Of a stretch of DNA of 64,000 nt, positions 59,917 to 64,000 are shown one piece after another. The stretch's first letter is position 1. Each line of letters begins with the position of its first letter. The translations under genes were made by a program, and so were the position numbers. The notes beneath the pieces are model-generated. The model was not told where the DNA came from. It ran no database searches and saw nothing but the letters and a program-made list of their open reading frames with translations. The stretch comes from Candidatus Obscuribacteraceae bacterium (lineage in GTDB: Bacteria; Cyanobacteriota; Vampirovibrionia; Obscuribacterales; Obscuribacteraceae), in the NCBI GenBank assembly GCA_044226015.1, contig JBGAHS010000004.1:64001-128000 (forward strand), written 5' to 3'.

Positions 59917-60582
59917 CTATTTATTCATGAAGGGGTTTCCGTCTCCGGAATGATCGTCTGGATCTGGCATTGGGGCGGCTGCAACGTTTTCTACTCCGGT
60001 ATTCAGTCTAACCAGTGTAGAACGAGTGCGGTATCTTCCCATGTAGCAACCGTCTGCGTATTGGTCAACTTCGCTCTCAGTGATCATTCTGTTCTTTTCC
60101 AAAATCTGGTAGCGATCGCGTGAGCGAGCTGCCCAAGAGCCATTGGAGTTTGGACCATAATAGTAATTTGTTTTATCGACCTGGTACTTGTTGGTACCTG
60201 TTGAGCTTACAGACTCTTGCGCTTCTGTCCAGCCGGGTTGCAAAAATCTTGCTACAACACGACCGTCTTGTGTTTTCACAAAATCAACTCGGGAGATCAT
60301 TTTCTGACCAACCGGAACTGAGTCAACGAGAGAATCAATAACTACCGTAACGCACTGCCAGCCGCCTTGCATTTCACTTGGAAACGAATCGGGGCGCGGG
60401 GCGGCCATGCTGTCAGAAACGCTGGCGCTCATTACACGTTCTTGCTCAACAGCATTTGTCTGGCTGACATAACCTGTCAAAAGAGCAGCATTTACTGGAG
60501 CCGAAATGAATCCCAAGATAGCTGGAGCTACTGCAAGAGCCATTACTGCTTGTCTCTTTAGTACTCTAGTGAAACCGTTCAT
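59917..60582 (-). CDS. Secreted hypothetical protein
   Basis: Signal peptide ending VNA; GAAGG RBS; beta-rich domain. Confidence 0.75.
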   Translation of the reverse strand: MNGFTRVLKRQAVMALAVAPAILGFISAPVNAALLTGYVSQTNAVEQERVMSASVSDSMAAPRPDSFPSEMQGGWQCVTVVIDSLVDSVPVGQKMISRVDFVKTQDGRVVARFLQPGWTEAQESVSSTGTNKYQVDKTNYYYGPNSNGSWAARSRDRYQILEKNRMITESEVDQYADGCYMGRYRTRSTLVRLNTGVENVAAAPMPDPDDHSGDGNPFMNK

Positions 60583-60749
60583 GATACCGTCCTTCTATCT
60601 GGAATTTCGCTACTGATTTTTATCAGTGGAGAGCAACTCCGATGTCATTAGCTAAATCGTGTACTCAGTTGCCTCTATAGAAGACATTCCCTTGGAAACT
60701 CGTTTTTAATCCTTAGTTTGATCTAAGCATCTTTTTTTAAGATTTCACA

Positions 60750-60924
60750 GCAACATTGGTCGTAAGTCAAGAAGATCATCGGCGGAAAACCGCAGCCGTT
60801 GCCGGTTGCCAAGTGGTGGCAAAGCGCCGCCGCCTCCTCTTTCGGGTTGGATGTCAAGCGATCTTGTGCCGCGGGATGTCGTGACAACTCGCGCAGTGAG
60901 CGAGGTTCCTGTGGTGTTTTTTTT
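60750..60924 (+). ncRNA. Candidate structured non-coding RNA of unknown class
   Basis: GC-rich island in an AT-rich spacer; several hairpins; terminal G-U-containing stem followed by a T run; 5' end approximate. Confidence 0.35.
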
Positions 60925-61802
60925 GTGCTCCTATATATAAAGAATGAAATTCTGAGAGCCAAAACTTAGAGGCTTCGATTCTCAGTTTCTAGCGATTCTG
61001 TTTCTGCGTCTTTGTCTTTGTGCAGACTTCCTTTGGGAGCTTAGATGTCAGTGCTAGATTTTGGTTCCGAAATCCAGACTTGCGTGGCGCGACAATTCTT
61101 GCTCAGAAAGGTTTTCCATTTTTTTCCGTTCTCGTATTCACATCGTTAAGCTAATTGCTTGGTCTTTAGTCGACTGAGTTCTGAATCTCAGGCAATTCCT
61201 AAACGTTTTGAATGAAAAAAAATGTTCAATGGTCTTCTTGCGGGCTCAATTTTCTATTCGACGATGCAGCAGACTTGATAGCTGTTTGGTTCGGGACTTG
61301 AGGAGCGAATCAAAATACTTTGCTTTCATCTGAAGCAACCATCGCTGGTATCACATAATTTGAAGTACTAATTTGCAATGTTGGATAGGAGCTTTGTCAT
61401 TCAGTCTCTATCTTTTGAATATCTTATGGCAAGAAAGAGGTGAGTTGGAGAAAGGATTGCACGTGCTTCCTGCTTCAGTTGATATCAAAATTGCAATATT
61501 GAAGCTGGAAAGTTTGGCCGTGAAAATCCAGCAACTGACACCACAGATGGTGGAATACATGAACTCCTGGAGAACAGGTACATAGTTGATCGGATTGGGA
61601 TCTATATCTAACTGCTTTTAGAAGGCACCCTGGTCTGGGGCTGCTTTTTTATCGTGACGCACCTTTTGAAAATGCTCAGCATCCTGGAAATCAAATTTTG
61701 GCTTTGACACCATATACGGTTAGCACGTTTGTTAACTTGTGTGAATTCGATTTTTTCGAATTTGATTTGAAAAAATCGGATCCGATACAGTCGAATTAGC
61801 AC

Positions 61803-61829
61803 AAAAAAAGCGCTGTTTTTAGCAGCGCT
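61803..61829 (-). terminator. Rho-independent terminator of rpaB
   Basis: AGCGCTG/CAGCGCT stem, followed by a T run on the minus strand. Confidence 0.8.
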
Positions 61830-61858
61830 CTTCGTTTACTTTTGCTGTGTGCAAAAAA

Positions 61859-62584
61859 TTAGTTGATCTTCTGGAACATGTAACCGATACCGCGGGCGGT
61901 GAGAATCAAATCTGGGTTGGACGAATCATCCTCAAGTTTTGATCTCAAGCGGCTAATGTGCACGTCTACGACCCGTGTATCAATTCTGTGGTCGGGTGGG
62001 TATGCCCAGACCTGTTGAAGAATTTCGCTGCGTGAGAAGGGCTTGCCGGAGTTTGTAACGAGCAATTCGAGCAGGCTGAACTCCATGCCGGTCAAACGAA
62101 TTCTTTCATTCTTCTTGGTGACCTGACGCTTGTTAAGGTCAATTTTCAAGTTGCCGATACTAATGACATTGGTTGTCTTGCTTGTGGAAGCATCTTGAGT
62201 TCTTTCAACGGTTCTTCTCAATACCGCCTTGATACGTGCTTCCAATTCGCTCGGGCTAAATGGTTTCACGACGTAGTCATCAGCACCGATTTCCAGACCT
62301 TGAATTCTGTTGGAAACATCGGCAACAGCTGTCAACATGATGATCGGAGTATCAGATGTTTTGCGAATTTCACGGCAAACTTCGTAGCCATCAAGCTTTG
62401 GCAACATCACATCCAGAATGACCAGGTCGGGTTGAAATGCATTGAATTGATCCAATGCTTCTTGACCATCTGCCGCAGTCGCTACGTTGTAGCCTGCCAT
62501 TTTCAATCGAGTTTCAAGAATGCGACGAATAGAAGCCTCATCGTCCACAACGAGGATTTTCTCTTGACTATTCTGACCTTCCAC
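61859..62584 (-). CDS. rpaB: OmpR-family response regulator RpaB (Ycf27-like)
   Basis: EKILVVDDEASIRRILETRL, RIRLTGMEFSLLELL, DTRVVDVHISRLRSKLE, LILTARG.GY are characteristic of RpaB/Ycf27. Confidence 0.88.
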   Translation of the reverse strand: MEGQNSQEKILVVDDEASIRRILETRLKMAGYNVATAADGQEALDQFNAFQPDLVILDVMLPKLDGYEVCREIRKTSDTPIIMLTAVADVSNRIQGLEIGADDYVVKPFSPSELEARIKAVLRRTVERTQDASTSKTTNVISIGNLKIDLNKRQVTKKNERIRLTGMEFSLLELLVTNSGKPFSRSEILQQVWAYPPDHRIDTRVVDVHISRLRSKLEDDSSNPDLILTARGIGYMFQKIN

Positions 62585-63612
62585 CAGCTGATCTCCGTTT
62601 CCAAATTAGTAAGAGCTGATGCCAACAGCAAATAAATTGTGTGCGCACAAGCGAGCTTTATATTTATCACAATTGGCCAATGATCTGCTGACACATACTT
62701 CAGGTGCGAAGAAATCATCGATAAAAGTGTTTTGCAAAATCTTGAAATGCATTTGGAGTAAGAGCCCGCTGCTGCTGCGAAGTGTAACTTCAAAATTTGA
62801 AACGCATTCTTTTGAAGATCAAAAACAATTAATGGACGGAACTCTTTCTTGACGACCATGTCTTTGAGATCATCGGGCGTAAATCATGTCACCCGATGAG
62901 TGCTGTGGCTCAATGGATTTCAGCTTTTGTTCGATTTGAACTTTGAGCTTTGGCTTATAAAAAGGATTGCCTGAGCCCAAAATTGTTTTTGGAATGTTTC
63001 TCTCGACATCTGGCTCAAAGGCAGTGGTAGCAAGGATCGGCTTATCAAGTAATAACAAACGTGTAGCAACGAGGATGCAGTACATGTCACATGGCACCAC
63101 CGGCGACACCTGGTTTGACTAGGCTCGGGCGTGTTGTCAGTCTCTTGACTGGCTGATAAGCAGACTATTTTTCTAAATGTACCCACTTAAATGAAAATAG
63201 GTACTACCTCAGGGAAAAAATTCTTGTTATTATCCTGGTCATTCGGGGAAATGGCTTTCTCCCTTGACAATGACTCGGTTCTACTTACTAAAACTTCGAA
63301 CTCGAAACAAAAATCGTTGTCAACGAAAAAGCCATCATAGCTAAGCAACTTTCGTTGCACTAGTGAGTAAGCCGGACGATCCCCCCACCGCTGGCGACTG
63401 CTGCTAACGCAGACAGGTTAAAACAAAAATGGCATCCCACGTTACTAGCATTCGTCATTAATTGATCGTTCTTGGTTTCTCAATCCTAGAAAGGTTTATG
63501 GCAAAAAAATTGTGTCATTCCACAGTCATCATGCTAAGCTTCTTGGCTTAAGGAATGAATCGTGTGTTCTGCCAGTCAGGCACGTAGAGGTCAGAAAGAG
63601 GAAGGATTTCGT

Positions 63613-64000
63613 ATGAAAACGCCCCAGTTGTGCTTATCCCTAACGATTTCACTTGCACTTCTGCAGGCTAACTTACTACAAGCAAATGCGTCTCCGAACT
63701 CACAGGCAATCTGGGAAAAGCTTGCCGGAGCTTCACAGACGAAGAGTAGTCAGAAGCCAGTTCAGAAGAAAGCTCAGCAAGTTGTACGGAAGAGCGCTGC
63801 AACAAAAACAGTCGCAACGGCAGGCACCTACAATGCCACTGGTATCGCCAATAGTGGCACCAATGGTCAAGTAGCTCTGTTCTTCGGCAAAGACAAGGAT
63901 TCTAATCCAGCTAACAAGGCTCCAGGAGCTGCATTGACGATTCACTCGTCTATGTCAGAGCAAGAAGCTGCTCCTGAGAAAACCGCTAGCGCTGAGCAAC
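63613..64000 (+). CDS. Secreted protein, N-terminal fragment (truncated by window edge)
   Basis: Not in the ORF track; translated by hand. ATG after GAGGAAGGA; MKTPQLCLSLTISLALLQANLLQANA signal peptide; open to the window edge. Confidence 0.75.
   Translation, partial: MKTPQLCLSLTISLALLQANLLQANASPNSQAIWEKLAGASQTKSSQKPVQKKAQQVVRKSAATKTVATAGTYNATGIANSGTNGQVALFFGKDKDSNPANKAPGAALTIHSSMSEQEAAPEKTASAEQ

Noticed and set aside
63264..63295. Sigma70 promoter at TTGACA (63264)
   Set aside because: No TAnnnT hexamer at 16-18 bp spacing
60583..63612. oriC in the long spacers around rpaB
   Set aside because: No cluster of TTATCCACA-type DnaA boxes seen; no dnaA/dnaN

Overview
Chromosomal window, most likely from a non-photosynthetic cyanobacterial relative (Candidatus Melainabacteria/Obscuribacterales-like). 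This is inferred from an RpaB-type regulator, a cyanobacterial-type extended NusB, many secreted/TPR/Ser-Thr kinase genes and the absence of photosynthesis genes. The left half (1-31 kb) is accessory. It encodes secreted proteins, a split redoxin + cytochrome c/Cu-monooxygenase pair, a three-glycosyltransferase cluster around a small Cys/acidic protein, two enzymes with disordered N-termini (serine protease; repeat + LysM-like + SleB-like hydrolase), a kinase, a two-component pair and Tad pseudopilins. The right half is mostly housekeeping (ftsY, nusB, rsmD, 7TM-HD, ruvB, cdsA, tRNA-Ser, ftcD, GDH-like, UbiA, eno, rpaB). The main observations are: (1) a family of signal-peptide-less, effector-like proteins sharing an LPx-phi-x-phi-x-D motif, two of which share a 30-bp upstream DNA motif; (2) a ~40-bp-phased array of NrdR-box-like palindromes between convergent genes; (3) a candidate structured ncRNA at ~60.75-60.92 kb; (4) several apparent pseudo-enzymes. 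No integrase, transposase, CRISPR array or rRNA was recognised. All family calls come from motif recognition by eye, not database searches.
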